In this document: positions 42,129-53,500 of the stretch, piece after piece
Position numbering within the stretch: position 1 is the first letter of the stretch
Layout of the letters: each line of letters begins with the position of its first letter
Assembly (NCBI GenBank): GCA_964593805.1
Contig: CAZQHP010000001.1
Location: 389,283 to 453,282 of the forward strand
DNA: 64,000 bases
Reading direction: 5' to 3'
Origin: an uncultured Candidatus Saccharibacteria bacterium
Lineage (GTDB): Bacteria; Patescibacteriota; Saccharimonadia; Saccharimonadales; JBBQAJ01
Program-made: the position numbers and the translations under genes
The notes under the pieces: generated by a model
The model's input: only the letters and a program-made list of their open reading frames with translations
Database searches by the model: none
What the model was told of the DNA's origin: nothing

Positions 42129-44093
42129 ATGGCTAAGTTTCGGATTACATCGGATTATAAGCCCACAGGCGATCAGCCGGGGGCTATTGCCCAGTTAACC
42201 CAGGGACTGCAAAAAGGCGTTCGGGAACAGACTTTGCTTGGGGTTACCGGTTCTGGCAAAACGTTTACCATGGCAAATGTCATCCAAAACGTGCAAAAGC
42301 CCACGCTGGTACTCAGCCACAACAAAACCCTGGCGGCTCAGCTATACAATGAGTTCAAAAGCTTTTTCCCAGACAACGCGGTGCATTATTTTGTGAGTTA
42401 TTTTGACTACTACCAGCCGGAAGCTTACATCCCGCGCAGTGACACTTACATAGAAAAAGACAGCCAGATAAATGAAGAAATCGACAGGCTGCGCCACGCG
42501 GCGACCGATTCGCTGCTGACGCGCCGCGACGTAATTATCGTGGCCAGCGTCAGCTGTATTTATGGCATTGGCTCTGTGGAAGACTACGGCAATCTAGCCG
42601 TGGTGGTAAAAAAGGGCGAACGCCGAGTGCGGGACAAGCTGTTGCGCCAACTGACGGACATCCAGTACCAACGCAACGACGTAGACTTTCACCGCGGTAC
42701 CTTCCGGGTGCGCGGCGACGTGCTGGATGTATTCCCCGCCGGCGAAGAAGTTGCCTATAGAATTGAACTGTTTGGCGACGAAATAGATCGGATTACCCGG
42801 ATTGATCCGCTAACAGGGGAAATTTTGGCAAATTTGGAAGAACTAAAGGTTTTCCCCAGCAGCCACTACGTCACGCCGCAAGATAAGCTTAAAGGAGCGT
42901 TAGGGCAGATTGAGCGCGAACTCGATGAACGCCTGGCATACTTTAACAAGCACGGGTTATTGCTGGAAGCGCAGCGTTTGCAGCAGCGCACGCGGTTTGA
43001 CCTGGAAATGCTGGCAGAAACAGGTTTTGTTAAAGGCATCGAAAACTACAGCCGCTACCTGACCAATCGCGAACCGGGCGAACAGCCAGCCACACTGCTG
43101 GATTATTTTCCAGACGACTACTTGCTTCTGGTGGACGAATCGCACATGAGCCTGCCGCAGGTGCGCGGTATGTACAACGGCGATCGCGCCCGCAAAGAAG
43201 TTCTGGTAGAGCACGGGTTTCGCCTGCCAAGCGCGCTAGACAATCGCCCTCTCACTTTCACGGAGTTTGAAAAGCACATAAATAAAGTTATATACGTTAG
43301 CGCTACCCCGGCGGAATATGAACTGTCGCGCAGCCCGGAGCCGGCCCAGCAAGTAATCCGCCCCACCGGACTAACCGACCCGGAGATTGAAGTCCGACCC
43401 ATAGAAGGCCAGATTGACGATCTGCTGAATGAAATCAAAGCAACCGTAGACAAACACCAGCGCGTGCTGGTCACAACGCTTACCAAGCGGATGTCAGAGG
43501 ACTTGACCGATTACCTGAAAGACCTCAACATCAAAGTTACCTATCTGCACAGCGACGTAGATACGCTGGACCGCACCGATATATTGCGGGATTTGCGGCT
43601 GGGCGTTTACGACGTGGTTGTGGGGATTAATCTGCTCCGCGAAGGTTTGGATCTGCCAGAAGTGAGCCTGGTCGCCATTTTGGACGCCGACAAAGAAGGA
43701 TTTTTGCGCAGCGAACAAGCCTTGGTTCAGACCGTGGGGAGGGCTGCTAGACACATCGAGGGCCACGTAATTATGTATGCTGACCACATGACCAAGAGCA
43801 TGCAGCGAACAATTGCCGAAACCAGCCGCCGCCGCAAAATCCAGGAAGACTACAACAAAAAACACGGTATCACACCCGCCGGTATATCACGCTCGGTAGG
43901 AAAAGGCATGCGCCCAGACCTGCCGGAAGAAGCCAAAAAAGCCAAACTTGACCTCAAGAAAATACCCAAAGACGAATACGGCCACCTAATCCGCGACCTG
44001 ACCGCTCAAATGGAACTAGCTAGCGCCAACCTAGAATTCGAAAAAGCCGCCGAACTCCGCGACATAATCGCCGACATAAAATCCAAACTCTAA
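42129..44093 (+). CDS. uvrB: Excinuclease ABC subunit B
   Basis: The ORF track starts at 42102. The ATG at 42129 ([20 protein letters not shown]) is the conserved UvrB N-terminus and lies 6 nt after TGgTACAAT. It has [12 protein letters not shown] and a C-terminal UVR domain. Confidence 0.95.
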   Translation: MAKFRITSDYKPTGDQPGAIAQLTQGLQKGVREQTLLGVTGSGKTFTMANVIQNVQKPTLVLSHNKTLAAQLYNEFKSFFPDNAVHYFVSYFDYYQPEAYIPRSDTYIEKDSQINEEIDRLRHAATDSLLTRRDVIIVASVSCIYGIGSVEDYGNLAVVVKKGERRVRDKLLRQLTDIQYQRNDVDFHRGTFRVRGDVLDVFPAGEEVAYRIELFGDEIDRITRIDPLTGEILANLEELKVFPSSHYVTPQDKLKGALGQIERELDERLAYFNKHGLLLEAQRLQQRTRFDLEMLAETGFVKGIENYSRYLTNREPGEQPATLLDYFPDDYLLLVDESHMSLPQVRGMYNGDRARKEVLVEHGFRLPSALDNRPLTFTEFEKHINKVIYVSATPAEYELSRSPEPAQQVIRPTGLTDPEIEVRPIEGQIDDLLNEIKATVDKHQRVLVTTLTKRMSEDLTDYLKDLNIKVTYLHSDVDTLDRTDILRDLRLGVYDVVVGINLLREGLDLPEVSLVAILDADKEGFLRSEQALVQTVGRAARHIEGHVIMYADHMTKSMQRTIAETSRRRKIQEDYNKKHGITPAGISRSVGKGMRPDLPEEAKKAKLDLKKIPKDEYGHLIRDLTAQMELASANLEFEKAAELRDIIADIKSKL

Positions 44094-45232
44094 GCGGCGT
44101 TGTTCTGTTGTTCTTCGAATCGTAGATCTTCGCGAGCACTTAATACGGCTTGAGCAGTCAGATCGGCACGGACTTGTGGCATAAGATGACCGTATTTAGG
44201 GAACAACACGTATTTGTCAACATATGCTTTAAAATCAAATGCAAATGCGACAAGTGGATCCCGTCCGGCCTCAATGCCAATGCGTTTGGTGCCTTGATCG
44301 CCAATTGTAGACAGTGACTCGCGAGTATTGGCAAATAGACATGATAAACCCTCGCCAATTGCTCTCGTTGGACGTCTATCGTTCATGATGGGCCAGCCGA
44401 CACCCAGATACCTTGCCATTCGAGCAACATTTTTCCAGTTAAGTTCAATCTCACCACTTTTTAGATAGGGAATTAGTTCGTGCCTGCCTGCGCCAACTGC
44501 GGTGCCGTCAAGCGCGGATTTAATAATATGCAGGAGAATGGGTTTGTTCACACCAACCGTTTTCAGAAGTGCGAGTGTTTCAGCCTCGTCTGGATGAGCT
44601 TCTACGAAGCGAGTAGACCCAAGTCCTCCCATCGAGTGTGCGCTGACCAGCCATTGCTCCTCCACGGCTTGTTGTCCATCTGGCATTTTATGGGTGATTT
44701 CACGGTTATGCCCTAAATCTGAAAACACGGCTTCCGCTGTTGCTACGTGAAGGGCTTGAGCATCTGTTATGTCCTCGTATGCCGAGGCACTTAAATGTGA
44801 TTGGTCTACGACTACGTTTGCCAAACCCGCTCGTGCTAAAGCTCTTCCGTAAGGCTCTGAGGACTTTAAAAATCCCATATACCCATGGAACAAATATCCG
44901 ATACCGTTGTGATTTCTTTCTTCCGGGAAAAATGCTTTGTAATGTGTTGTTCCTAAGCCTACAGCAACTTCGCCATGTGCTTCATAGATTTTAGGTTCTT
45001 CATCTGAAAGATCGAGCTCAGCGATAATTTCAACTTCTTCATCGAGCTCCCCTATGGGCTCATCTGTCAAATCTAAATGCTCAACAACACGTATATTGGG
45101 AGGAGAATTGGCTTCTCTGTCCGCGGATTGGGGCGGATCAAAAACACCCCCGTTTTCACGAGGGTGTTGGCTGCCTGGCTCAATGGCGGTTTGGAAACCG
45201 CCGGTTTCTCCAAGTGTTTCTGCTATAGACAT
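44090..45232 (-). CDS. Alpha/beta-hydrolase-like protein with an acidic N-terminal extension
   Basis: 380 aa. The nucleophile elbow is VSAHSMGG (GxSxG). The N-terminal roughly 90 aa are Asp/Glu-rich. The 3' end overlaps the uvrB stop by 4 nt (convergent). Confidence 0.5.
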   Translation of the reverse strand: MSIAETLGETGGFQTAIEPGSQHPRENGGVFDPPQSADREANSPPNIRVVEHLDLTDEPIGELDEEVEIIAELDLSDEEPKIYEAHGEVAVGLGTTHYKAFFPEERNHNGIGYLFHGYMGFLKSSEPYGRALARAGLANVVVDQSHLSASAYEDITDAQALHVATAEAVFSDLGHNREITHKMPDGQQAVEEQWLVSAHSMGGLGSTRFVEAHPDEAETLALLKTVGVNKPILLHIIKSALDGTAVGAGRHELIPYLKSGEIELNWKNVARMARYLGVGWPIMNDRRPTRAIGEGLSCLFANTRESLSTIGDQGTKRIGIEAGRDPLVAFAFDFKAYVDKYVLFPKYGHLMPQVRADLTAQAVLSAREDLRFEEQQNNAA

Positions 45233-45336
45233 TTTGGTGTGCTATTTTCCGCTTTATTTTACACTTATGCTTATCGTAGCCCTCAACCCAGGGTTTGTAA
45301 AGCATAATCTTGCGACCTTTGTTATACTAGTATGAA

Positions 45337-45630
45337 ATGGCAAAACTATCGCGCGAGGACGTCTTAAAATTGGCTCGGTTATCACGGCTTCATTTGACCG
45401 ACGAAGAAATTGAACAATTTACCTCTGAAATTAGCGCCATATTGGGCTATGTGGAGCAGCTACACGGCGTTGATTTAAAAGATATGGAGCCTACACATCA
45501 AGTTACCGGCCTGACAAACGTGACGCGCAAAGATGAAGTTCATGATTATGGCGCCTCGCCAGCAGAACTACTTAAAAACGCCCCCGCGACTCATGGCGGC
45601 CATATAAAAGTCAAAAGAGTACTGCAGTGA
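45337..45630 (+). CDS. gatC: Glu/Asp-tRNA amidotransferase subunit C
   Basis: 97 aa. LSREDVLKLARLSRLHLTDEEIEQFTSEISAILGYVEQL. Confidence 0.9.
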   Translation: MAKLSREDVLKLARLSRLHLTDEEIEQFTSEISAILGYVEQLHGVDLKDMEPTHQVTGLTNVTRKDEVHDYGASPAELLKNAPATHGGHIKVKRVLQ

Positions 45631-47051
45631 GTAGTTGGCCAAGCATCCAGACACTTGCCAAAGACGTCCAAGCTGGAAAGGTTACAGCCAACGAGTTGGT
45701 TGATAAAGCTCTGAGAACAATCGAAAAACATAAAGAATTCAATGCAGTCATCGCCACCGTAGATAAACGAGCCCACGAGCGCGCCAAAGAAATCGACACC
45801 CGTGTCAAAAAGGGAGAAAAAGTCGGCAGACTGGCCGGAGTGCCGTTTATAGCCAAGGATAATTTTCTGACGTTCGGTTCGGAAACCACGGCCGCCAGCA
45901 ACATCCTCAAAGGCTTCAACGCCCCATATCAGGCAACGGCGATAGAACTGCTGGAAGGTGAGGGCGCTATCTGCGTAGCCAAAGCCAACCTTGACGCTTT
46001 TGCCCACGGTTCCAGCACTGAAAACAGTGATTTTATGACCACCAAAAACCCGCACGACGTCACACGGGTCCCCGGCGGGTCATCTGGCGGCTCGGCGGCA
46101 GCGGTGATACTGGACATGGTGCCGTTTGCTCTGGGAACAGATACGGGTGGGTCAATCCGCCTACCTGCGGCTTTTTGCGGGGCGGTGGGCTACAAACCAA
46201 CTTATGGCTTAGTTTCTCGCAGCGGCGTAGTGGCCATGGCCAGTAGTACGGATGTAATCGGCCCGCTCGCGCGCACGGTGCAGGACGCGGCCGCTGTACT
46301 GGACGTAATATCAGGCAAGGACGCGCTAGACAGCACCACGATTGACAGGGCTAAGACCCCGTATACCGATCTAGAGTTTGACATTAAAGGTAAAAAAATC
46401 GGTGTTATCAAAGAGTACATGGGCAGCGGTCTGGACGCTGGCGTTAAGCGGCAAATAGAACAATCGCTAGACGTGCTTAAAGAGGCCGGAGCACAGGTTA
46501 GTGAAGTCAGCCTGCCCTCGCTGCCATTGGCGCTGGCCTGTTATTACATTATTTGCCCGGCCGAAGTAAGTAGCAACTTAAGCCGCTACGATGGCCAGCG
46601 CTACGGTTTTTCACATCCCGATGCCAAGAATCTTGAAGACAGCTATAACTGGTCCAGAAGCGAGGGTTTTGGCAAAGAAGCCAAACGCCGCATTATGATT
46701 GGCGCCTATGTGCTGAGCAGCGGCTACTACGACGCCTATTATAAAAAAGCCCAGCAGCTGCGTACCAAACTAATCAAAGAGTTTGAAGGCGCCTTTACTA
46801 AAGTGGACTTTTTGTTAGGGCCAACGGCCCCAACGACGGCTTTTGAGATCGGCGCCCACAGTGACGATCCCCTGCAGATGTATCTGACGGATATTATGAC
46901 TGTTGCTGTTAATTTGGTTGGCGTACCAGCTATCAGCATACCAGCCGGCAAAGTAGGCGGTTTGCCGGTTGGCTTGCAGCTTATGGCGCCTCAGCACCAT
47001 GACCGGGCCCTGCTGGCTCTGGCTCAAAAAACCGAGGAGCTGCTGAGATGA
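45627..47051 (+). CDS. gatA: Glu/Asp-tRNA amidotransferase subunit A
   Basis: 474 aa. The amidase signature is GGSSGGSAAAV...GTDTGGSIRLPAAFCG. Confidence 0.95.
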   Translation: MSSWPSIQTLAKDVQAGKVTANELVDKALRTIEKHKEFNAVIATVDKRAHERAKEIDTRVKKGEKVGRLAGVPFIAKDNFLTFGSETTAASNILKGFNAPYQATAIELLEGEGAICVAKANLDAFAHGSSTENSDFMTTKNPHDVTRVPGGSSGGSAAAVILDMVPFALGTDTGGSIRLPAAFCGAVGYKPTYGLVSRSGVVAMASSTDVIGPLARTVQDAAAVLDVISGKDALDSTTIDRAKTPYTDLEFDIKGKKIGVIKEYMGSGLDAGVKRQIEQSLDVLKEAGAQVSEVSLPSLPLALACYYIICPAEVSSNLSRYDGQRYGFSHPDAKNLEDSYNWSRSEGFGKEAKRRIMIGAYVLSSGYYDAYYKKAQQLRTKLIKEFEGAFTKVDFLLGPTAPTTAFEIGAHSDDPLQMYLTDIMTVAVNLVGVPAISIPAGKVGGLPVGLQLMAPQHHDRALLALAQKTEELLR

Positions 47052-47488
47052 GCTTTGAACTTCTACTCAGCCTGGCTGGAGGCGTGCTCCTGCTCGTTGT
47101 GTTGCTTACGACATTTGTAATTAAGCGTCCCAAAAAACTCAAAGTCAGCCGCTTTGTAGCCAGCTGGCGGGAACTACAAGGTTTTTGCCGAGACAAAGCC
47201 ACCTGGCCGCAAGCCATTACCCAAGCCGATAAACTGTTAGACGCGGCGCTCAAAAAACGCAAACTCAAAGGCAAAACCATGGGCGAGCGCTTGGTATCGG
47301 CACAAAGGCTTTTTACGGACAATGACGACACGTGGTTTGCCCACAACTTGGCCAAAAAAATTACTGCCCAGGCGGATTTAAACCTCAAAGAATCGGACGT
47401 CAAAGACGCCCTGATGGGATTTCGCCAAGCCCTAAAAGACATTGGAGCATTGCCAGACACCGGCAAAGAGGCAACAGATGATAAGTAA
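47048..47488 (+). CDS. Membrane-anchored hypothetical protein inserted between gatA and gatB
   Basis: 146 aa. An N-terminal TM helix (LLLSLAGGVLLLVVLLTTFVI) is followed by a helical soluble domain. The start overlaps the gatA stop (ATGA). The stop overlaps the gatB start by 11 nt. Confidence 0.5.
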   Translation: MSFELLLSLAGGVLLLVVLLTTFVIKRPKKLKVSRFVASWRELQGFCRDKATWPQAITQADKLLDAALKKRKLKGKTMGERLVSAQRLFTDNDDTWFAHNLAKKITAQADLNLKESDVKDALMGFRQALKDIGALPDTGKEATDDK

Positions 47489-48932
47489 AGAAACGCTGGC
47501 CAAGTACGCCGCGACTATTGGCATAGAATGCCATGTGCAGCTTAAAACCAAGACAAAGCTGTTTTCTGCGGTGGGAAACGACGCCCGCGAAGCCCCGCCT
47601 AACACGCTCATCAGCCACATAGACCTAGGTATGCCCGGCGCTCTGCCAGTCCTGAACGAACAGGCTGTGGAACTTGCCATGAAAGCATCATTCGCCCTGG
47701 GCGTGCCGCCGCAGAAATTTAGCAAATTTGACCGCAAGCACTACTTTTACCCCGACTTGCCAAAAGGTTATCAGATTACCCAGTTTGACGAGCCAATCAT
47801 TGTTGGCGGCCACGTAGATATTTTGGTTGACGGCAAGGCAAAAAGAATTAATCTCACGCGGGCTCATCTGGAAGAAGACGCCGGCAAAAGCACTCATCCG
47901 GCCGGCAAAGACTACAGTTTGGTAGATCTAAACCGGGCTGGCACGCCGCTGCTGGAAATTGTGTCGGAACCAGAAATGCACAGCGCCCAGGAAGCCAAAG
48001 CCTTTGCCCGCGAACTGTATCTGCTGATGCGCTACGCCGATGTGTCTGATGCCAACCTGTACTATGGCAACATGCGTTTTGACGTCAATGTCAGCGTTAG
48101 CAAAACCAAAGAACTAGGAACGCGCAGCGAGACCAAAAACCTGAATTCTTTCAAGAGCGTAGAAAAAGCCGTTGAGTATGAGATTAAACGGCAAATCGAA
48201 CTGCTTGAAAAGGGGCAGAAAATTGTCCAAGAAACGCGCGGCTGGGACGATGCCAAACAAAAAACGTTCAGCCAGCGCAGCAAAGAAGACGCCCACGACT
48301 ACCGCTACTTCCCCGACCCAGACATCCCGCCTATTGAGCTGAGCGACGCGGCAATAGAGCGTGTCAAATCCGCCATGCCGGTTTTGCCAAATCAACTTCG
48401 GACGCGCCTGGAAGATTTACGCCTGGGCAAATCCACCATAGAAACACTGGCCGAAGAAATACCAGCGGGCAAACTGATACACAATTTGCTTGAAACGGAG
48501 TCTTCGCCCGGGCTCGTTAAGCGGGTGGCTAATTGGCTGGTCAGTGATGTGCAGGCCGTACTAGCGGATGGCAACACGGACTGGGGAGACCTGAAACTCG
48601 ATCCAGGAAACCTGATAGAGCTGGCACATTTGGCTGAAGCCAACAAAATCAGCTCTACTGGCGCCAAAACCGTACTGCTGGAAATGATCAAAACTGGCGC
48701 CAGCCCGCTCAAAATTGCCGAAGCCAAAAACGTCCTGCAGGTTTCAGATGAAGGTGAAATTGCCAAAATAGTCCAGCAAGTACTGAAAGACAATCCCCAG
48801 GCTGCAAGCGACGTAAAAAACGGTGAAATCAAAGCCATCGGCTTTTTGGTGGGCCAAGTTATGCAAGCTAGCAAGGGCAAAGCCAACCCCGGCCTAGCCC
48901 AAAAGCTCATAAAAAAACAACTCAATCAGTAA
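47478..48932 (+). CDS. gatB: Glu/Asp-tRNA amidotransferase subunit B
   Basis: The ORF track starts at 47442. The ATG at 47478 (MISKETLAKYAATIGIECHVQLKT) matches the conserved GatB N-terminus. It has a C-terminal YqeY-like domain. Confidence 0.95.
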   Translation: MISKETLAKYAATIGIECHVQLKTKTKLFSAVGNDAREAPPNTLISHIDLGMPGALPVLNEQAVELAMKASFALGVPPQKFSKFDRKHYFYPDLPKGYQITQFDEPIIVGGHVDILVDGKAKRINLTRAHLEEDAGKSTHPAGKDYSLVDLNRAGTPLLEIVSEPEMHSAQEAKAFARELYLLMRYADVSDANLYYGNMRFDVNVSVSKTKELGTRSETKNLNSFKSVEKAVEYEIKRQIELLEKGQKIVQETRGWDDAKQKTFSQRSKEDAHDYRYFPDPDIPPIELSDAAIERVKSAMPVLPNQLRTRLEDLRLGKSTIETLAEEIPAGKLIHNLLETESSPGLVKRVANWLVSDVQAVLADGNTDWGDLKLDPGNLIELAHLAEANKISSTGAKTVLLEMIKTGASPLKIAEAKNVLQVSDEGEIAKIVQQVLKDNPQAASDVKNGEIKAIGFLVGQVMQASKGKANPGLAQKLIKKQLNQ

Positions 48933-48962
48933 ACCGCAAACAGCCATGTTACAATTTAGGCG

Positions 48963-49853
48963 ATGGATAGGCCAAAAGTAAGAAAAGCAGTGATTGCGGC
49001 TGCGGGGTTTGGAACGCGGTTTTTGCCGCAAACCAAAGCCATGCCCAAAGAAATGCTGCCGCTGGTGGACAAGCCCATAATCCAATACATCGTGGAAGAG
49101 CTGGTAGAAGCGGGCATAGAGGACGTCGTGATTGTTACCGGCTACCATAAACGTTCAGTCGAAGACCACTTTGACAACATGAGCGCCGACCTGAAAGCAA
49201 ACCTAAAACAAGGTGGCAAAGAGGAATTGCTAGAAGAAACTCAGCGTATTTCCAATCTGGCCAATTTTGCTTATGTGCGCCAAAAAGGCCCGTATGGTAA
49301 CGGAACGCCGCTAATTAATGTTGAACATTTGATTGGCGATGAACCTTTTATATATACGTGGAGCGATGACTTTTTTGTGGCCTCGCCGGTTCGGTTTAAG
49401 CAGATGATTGATGTTTATAACGAATTTGGCTGTGCCGTAGTCGGTACCGTAAAAGCCACAGAAAAAAAGGATTATGATAGGTATGGGTATGCATCCGGTG
49501 ACCCAATTAGAGATGGTCTGATTGATGCAAAAAGCATAATTGAGAAACCTGGTGTAGAAAATGCCCCCTCCAATCAAGCGACTAACGGTGGTTTTCTGTT
49601 GACGTCAGAAATTTTCAAACACTTACACGATGTAGAAAAAAATCTAGATCCAAGCAAAGAACTTTATGCAAATGACGCGCTTATGAAAATGCTAAGTAGC
49701 GGCGGACGAGTAATTGCAGCGGAAATTCAAAACGCAAAATATTATGATGCTGGCAACAAACTGGAATATCTCAAGACAGTTGTTGACTTTGCCCTCAATC
49801 GTGACGAAATCAAAGACGAGTTTCTTGACTATTTACGTACAGTGGTACAATAG
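48963..49853 (+). CDS. galU: UTP-glucose-1-phosphate uridylyltransferase
   Basis: 296 aa. KAVIAAAGFGTRFLPQTKAMPKEMLPLVDKPIIQYIVEE. Confidence 0.85.
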   Translation: MDRPKVRKAVIAAAGFGTRFLPQTKAMPKEMLPLVDKPIIQYIVEELVEAGIEDVVIVTGYHKRSVEDHFDNMSADLKANLKQGGKEELLEETQRISNLANFAYVRQKGPYGNGTPLINVEHLIGDEPFIYTWSDDFFVASPVRFKQMIDVYNEFGCAVVGTVKATEKKDYDRYGYASGDPIRDGLIDAKSIIEKPGVENAPSNQATNGGFLLTSEIFKHLHDVEKNLDPSKELYANDALMKMLSSGGRVIAAEIQNAKYYDAGNKLEYLKTVVDFALNRDEIKDEFLDYLRTVVQ

Positions 49854-49862
49854 TAATCACAT

Positions 49863-50135
49863 ATGGGAAACGCCGAACAGACTCTAGTTGTTTTTTTGTC
49901 AGCCGCCTTGGCCGTTTTTCTCTTGCTTTCTATCATTGCCGCCGTAAAACTTATCCAAGTCCTAAATCACCTCAAGAACATTTCTGAAAAAGCCGAAAAA
50001 CTGGCCAATACCGCCGAAACCGTCGGCGAGTTTTTTAAATACACCGCCGGCCCTGCCGCTCTGGGCAAGCTGGTGTCCAACATAAGCGAAGCGGTTTTCA
50101 AGCACCATAAAAAAACCAAAGGAGACAAGTCATGA
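49863..50135 (+). CDS. DUF948-like small membrane protein
   Basis: 90 aa. It has one N-terminal TM helix and a helical tail, and is coupled to the next gene (ATGA). Confidence 0.5.
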   Translation: MGNAEQTLVVFLSAALAVFLLLSIIAAVKLIQVLNHLKNISEKAEKLANTAETVGEFFKYTAGPAALGKLVSNISEAVFKHHKKTKGDKS

Positions 50136-50536
50136 CCAAAAAAAGCACAGCGGCAATTGGAACAGTCCTGGTAGCGGCCGCGGGTTACGTCGCCGGCTTG
50201 CTGACCGCGCCCAAAAGCGGACGCGAAACACGCAAAGACATACGCAAAGCCGCCCAAAAAGCCAAAAGCGAAGCCGAGCGAAAGCTCAAGCAAGCCCATA
50301 GCGAACTCAACAACCTTTTAGACGAAGCATCCGCTCTGGCCAGCAAATCAAAGGGCAAGGCGAGTGATGAATTTGAAAAAGCCCGCGCCCAGGCCGAAAA
50401 AATCCGCCAAAAAACCCGAGAGCTTTTGTCGGCGGTACATGAGGGAGAAGCCGAAGACCGGGATCTGCAAAAAGCCATTGACGACATAAAGAAAGCCTCC
50501 AGCCACCTAAAAAAGTTTGTCGCTAAAAAGAGCTAA
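50132..50536 (+). CDS. YtxH-domain protein
   Basis: 134 aa. GLLTAPKSGRETRKDI followed by a Lys/Glu/Ala-rich helical region. Confidence 0.65.
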   Translation: MTKKSTAAIGTVLVAAAGYVAGLLTAPKSGRETRKDIRKAAQKAKSEAERKLKQAHSELNNLLDEASALASKSKGKASDEFEKARAQAEKIRQKTRELLSAVHEGEAEDRDLQKAIDDIKKASSHLKKFVAKKS

Positions 50537-53500
50537 ATGGCCAAAGACAGCTCACTGATAGCTGCGGACTACGTGCACTTGCACAACCATACGCAGTACA
50601 GCCTGCTGGACGGGTTGACACGCGTTGATCAGCTGATGGATTATGTGGTCGAACAGGGCATGTCCGCGGTCGCCATGACTGATCACGGCACGCTATCGGG
50701 TACGATTGAATTCTACAAAGAAGCAGTCAATCACGAAGTAAAGCCTATTATAGGTATTGAAACGTACGTGGCGGCGCGCGGGCATACAGACAAAGACCCG
50801 GCCAAAGACAAAACCCGCTTTCACCTAATTTTGCTGGCCATGAACGAAGCGGGCTATCAGAATCTAATGCAGTTGAGTACAATCGCCAATCTGGACGGTT
50901 TTTACTATTTCCCGCGCATAGACCATGAACTGCTGGAAAAGCACAACGAAGGTTTGCTGGTACTAAGTGCTTGTATGGGCGGAGAAATTGGCAATGCACT
51001 CAAAGAAAATCAATACGAAAAAGCCAAAGAAATTGCCAAATGGTATAAAAATGTTTTTGGCGACCGTTACTATCTGGAAATTCAAGACCATGGCCATCCA
51101 AAAAATCCCATGCATAATGCCGAGCAGCAGGCAATCAATGAGCAAATTCTCAAACTTGGCAAAGAGCTGGCAATCGAAGTGGTTGTGACGTGCGACGCTC
51201 ACTATTTGCGCCATGAAGACCAAGACGCCCACGAAATATTGCTGTGCGTTGGCACCGGGTCGTTCCTGGCAGACGAAAAACGCATGTCTCTCAAGGAATT
51301 TCCCCTCCACGTTACGCCTCCTGGCGAAATCATCAAACGCTGGGGCGCCACCCACCCCCAAGTTATAACCAACACCAAAGCCATAGCCAACCGCTGTAGT
51401 TTGGAGATAGATCTTGGCAAAATTCTGATTCCAAAGTTTGAGGTACCGAAGGGCAAAACCGAAAAAAGCTACCTGCAGGAACTGGTCTACCAAGGCTTGG
51501 CTTGGCGCTACGGCAACGTAAAGCGCGAAGCCGCCGCAAAACTCAGCCAGGATGCCGCCGTAAAAGGTTTGCCCCCAGAAGTCAAAAAGCGCGCTGAATA
51601 CGAACTGGGCGTGATTGGACAAATGGGTTTCAACGGCTACTTTCTGATTATCCAGGACTTCATAAACTGGGGAAAAAATAATGGCATCGTGTTTGGCCCG
51701 GGCCGCGGTTCGGCGGCCGGCTCTATTATTTCTTACGCCTTGAATATCACCGAACTTGACCCGCTCAAATACGACCTGCTGTTTGAGCGTTTTCTGAACC
51801 CCGACCGAATTTCCATGCCGGATATTGACATAGACATTCAAGACACGCGCCGGGATGAAGTAATCCAGTATTGCGTACAAAAATACGGCAGCGACCGTGT
51901 TGCCAACATCGTAACCTTCGGGCGGATGCAGGCCCGCAATGCCGTGCGAGACGTTGCCAGGGTCTTGCAAATGCCGTACGCCGATGCCGATCGCTTGGCC
52001 AAAATGATTCCGCCGCCCATCCAGGGCCGGCACATCCCGCTGGAAGCGTCTCTGCGCGAAAACAGCGAACTAAAAACGGAGTATGAAACCAACGAGGCTT
52101 CCAAACAGGTGCTTGATCAGGCGGTTCGGCTGGAAGGCACGATTCGAAGCCATGGCGTCCATGCCGCGGGCGTGGTCATAGCTCCAGATAAATTAGTCAA
52201 ATTCGCGCCGCTGGAAATGGCCCAAAAAGGCGTAGTAGCTACCCAATACTCAATGGGCCCAATCGAGGAACTAGGACTGCTCAAAATGGACTTTTTGGGC
52301 TTGTCAAACCTCACCATCATCAAAAACGCCCTGCGCATTGTGAAAAAAGTCTACGGCAACGACCTCGCGGTCAAAGATATACCGCTAGATGATGCCAAAA
52401 CGTTCAAACTGTTCCAGAGCGGCGACACAACCGGCTTGTTCCAGTTTGAATCGGCTGGCATGAAGCGTTATCTCAAACAACTTAAACCAACGGTTTTTGA
52501 AGACCTGATTGCCATGAACGCGCTGTACCGTCCCGGCCCAATGCAGTGGATAGAAGATTTTATTGCCCGCAAACATGGCGAAAAAGAAATCAGTTTTTTG
52601 CACCCGGCCATGGAACCGGCGCTTAAAAACACCTACGGCATTATCGTCTACCAGGAACAAGTTATGCAGATTAGCAAGGAAATGTGCGGCTTCACCGGCG
52701 GCCAGGCCGACAGCCTACGCAAAGGAATTGGCAAAAAAATTCCAGCCGTTTTGGCCAAATTCAAAACCGAGTTCATAGAAGGCGCCGTAAACACCGTTGG
52801 CGCGGATCGGGCGCTCATGGAAAAGTTTTGGAAACAACTGGAGGCCTTTGCTTCGTACGCCTTTCCCAAAGCGCACTCTTCTTGCTATGCTCTAATCGCC
52901 TACTGGACGGCTTACTTAAAGGCCAACTATCCAGACGTTTTTATGGCGGCTCTCATGACCAGCGATTATGACGACATTGACCGCCTGGCAATCGAAATCA
53001 CAGAGTGCAAGCACATGGGTATTGAAGTTTTGGCTCCAGATATCAACGAATCTTTTAACGAATTTGCCGTGGTTCCCAGAAAAAAACAAATTCGGTTCGG
53101 GCTTAGGGCGGTCAAAAACGTCGGCAGCAACGCGGTCGATGAAATTCTGCGCGCCCGCGATCAAATCGGCAGCTTCAAATCGTTGGAGGACTTTTTTGGC
53201 AGTGTCAATGTGCGGACGGTTAATCGCAAGTCTTTAGAAAGCCTCATGAAAGCCGGCGCGTTCGACAGCCTGGGCGAACGGTCGGTCTTGCTCGGCAACA
53301 TAGACGTACTGCTGGCCTACGCCAACAAGACTCAGAAAGATGCCGCCAGCGGACAAACTGATTTGTTTGGCAAGCTTGCCGGCCACGTTAAGCCGCGGCT
53401 GGCGCTAAATACAGCCGTCCCAGAAATTAACCAGCACGAACAGTTGCTTTGGGAGCGCGAACTATTGGGGCTGTATCTTAGCCAACACCCGTTGTCGCAG

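Noticed and set aside
50963-52033. 356-aa ORF on the minus strand inside dnaE. Similar cases are 52385-52660 and others.
   Set aside because: It lies entirely antisense to an unmistakable DnaE coding region. Its composition is low-complexity and Arg/Gly/Ala-rich, which is typical of shadow frames opposite codon-biased genes. There is no start context and no motif.
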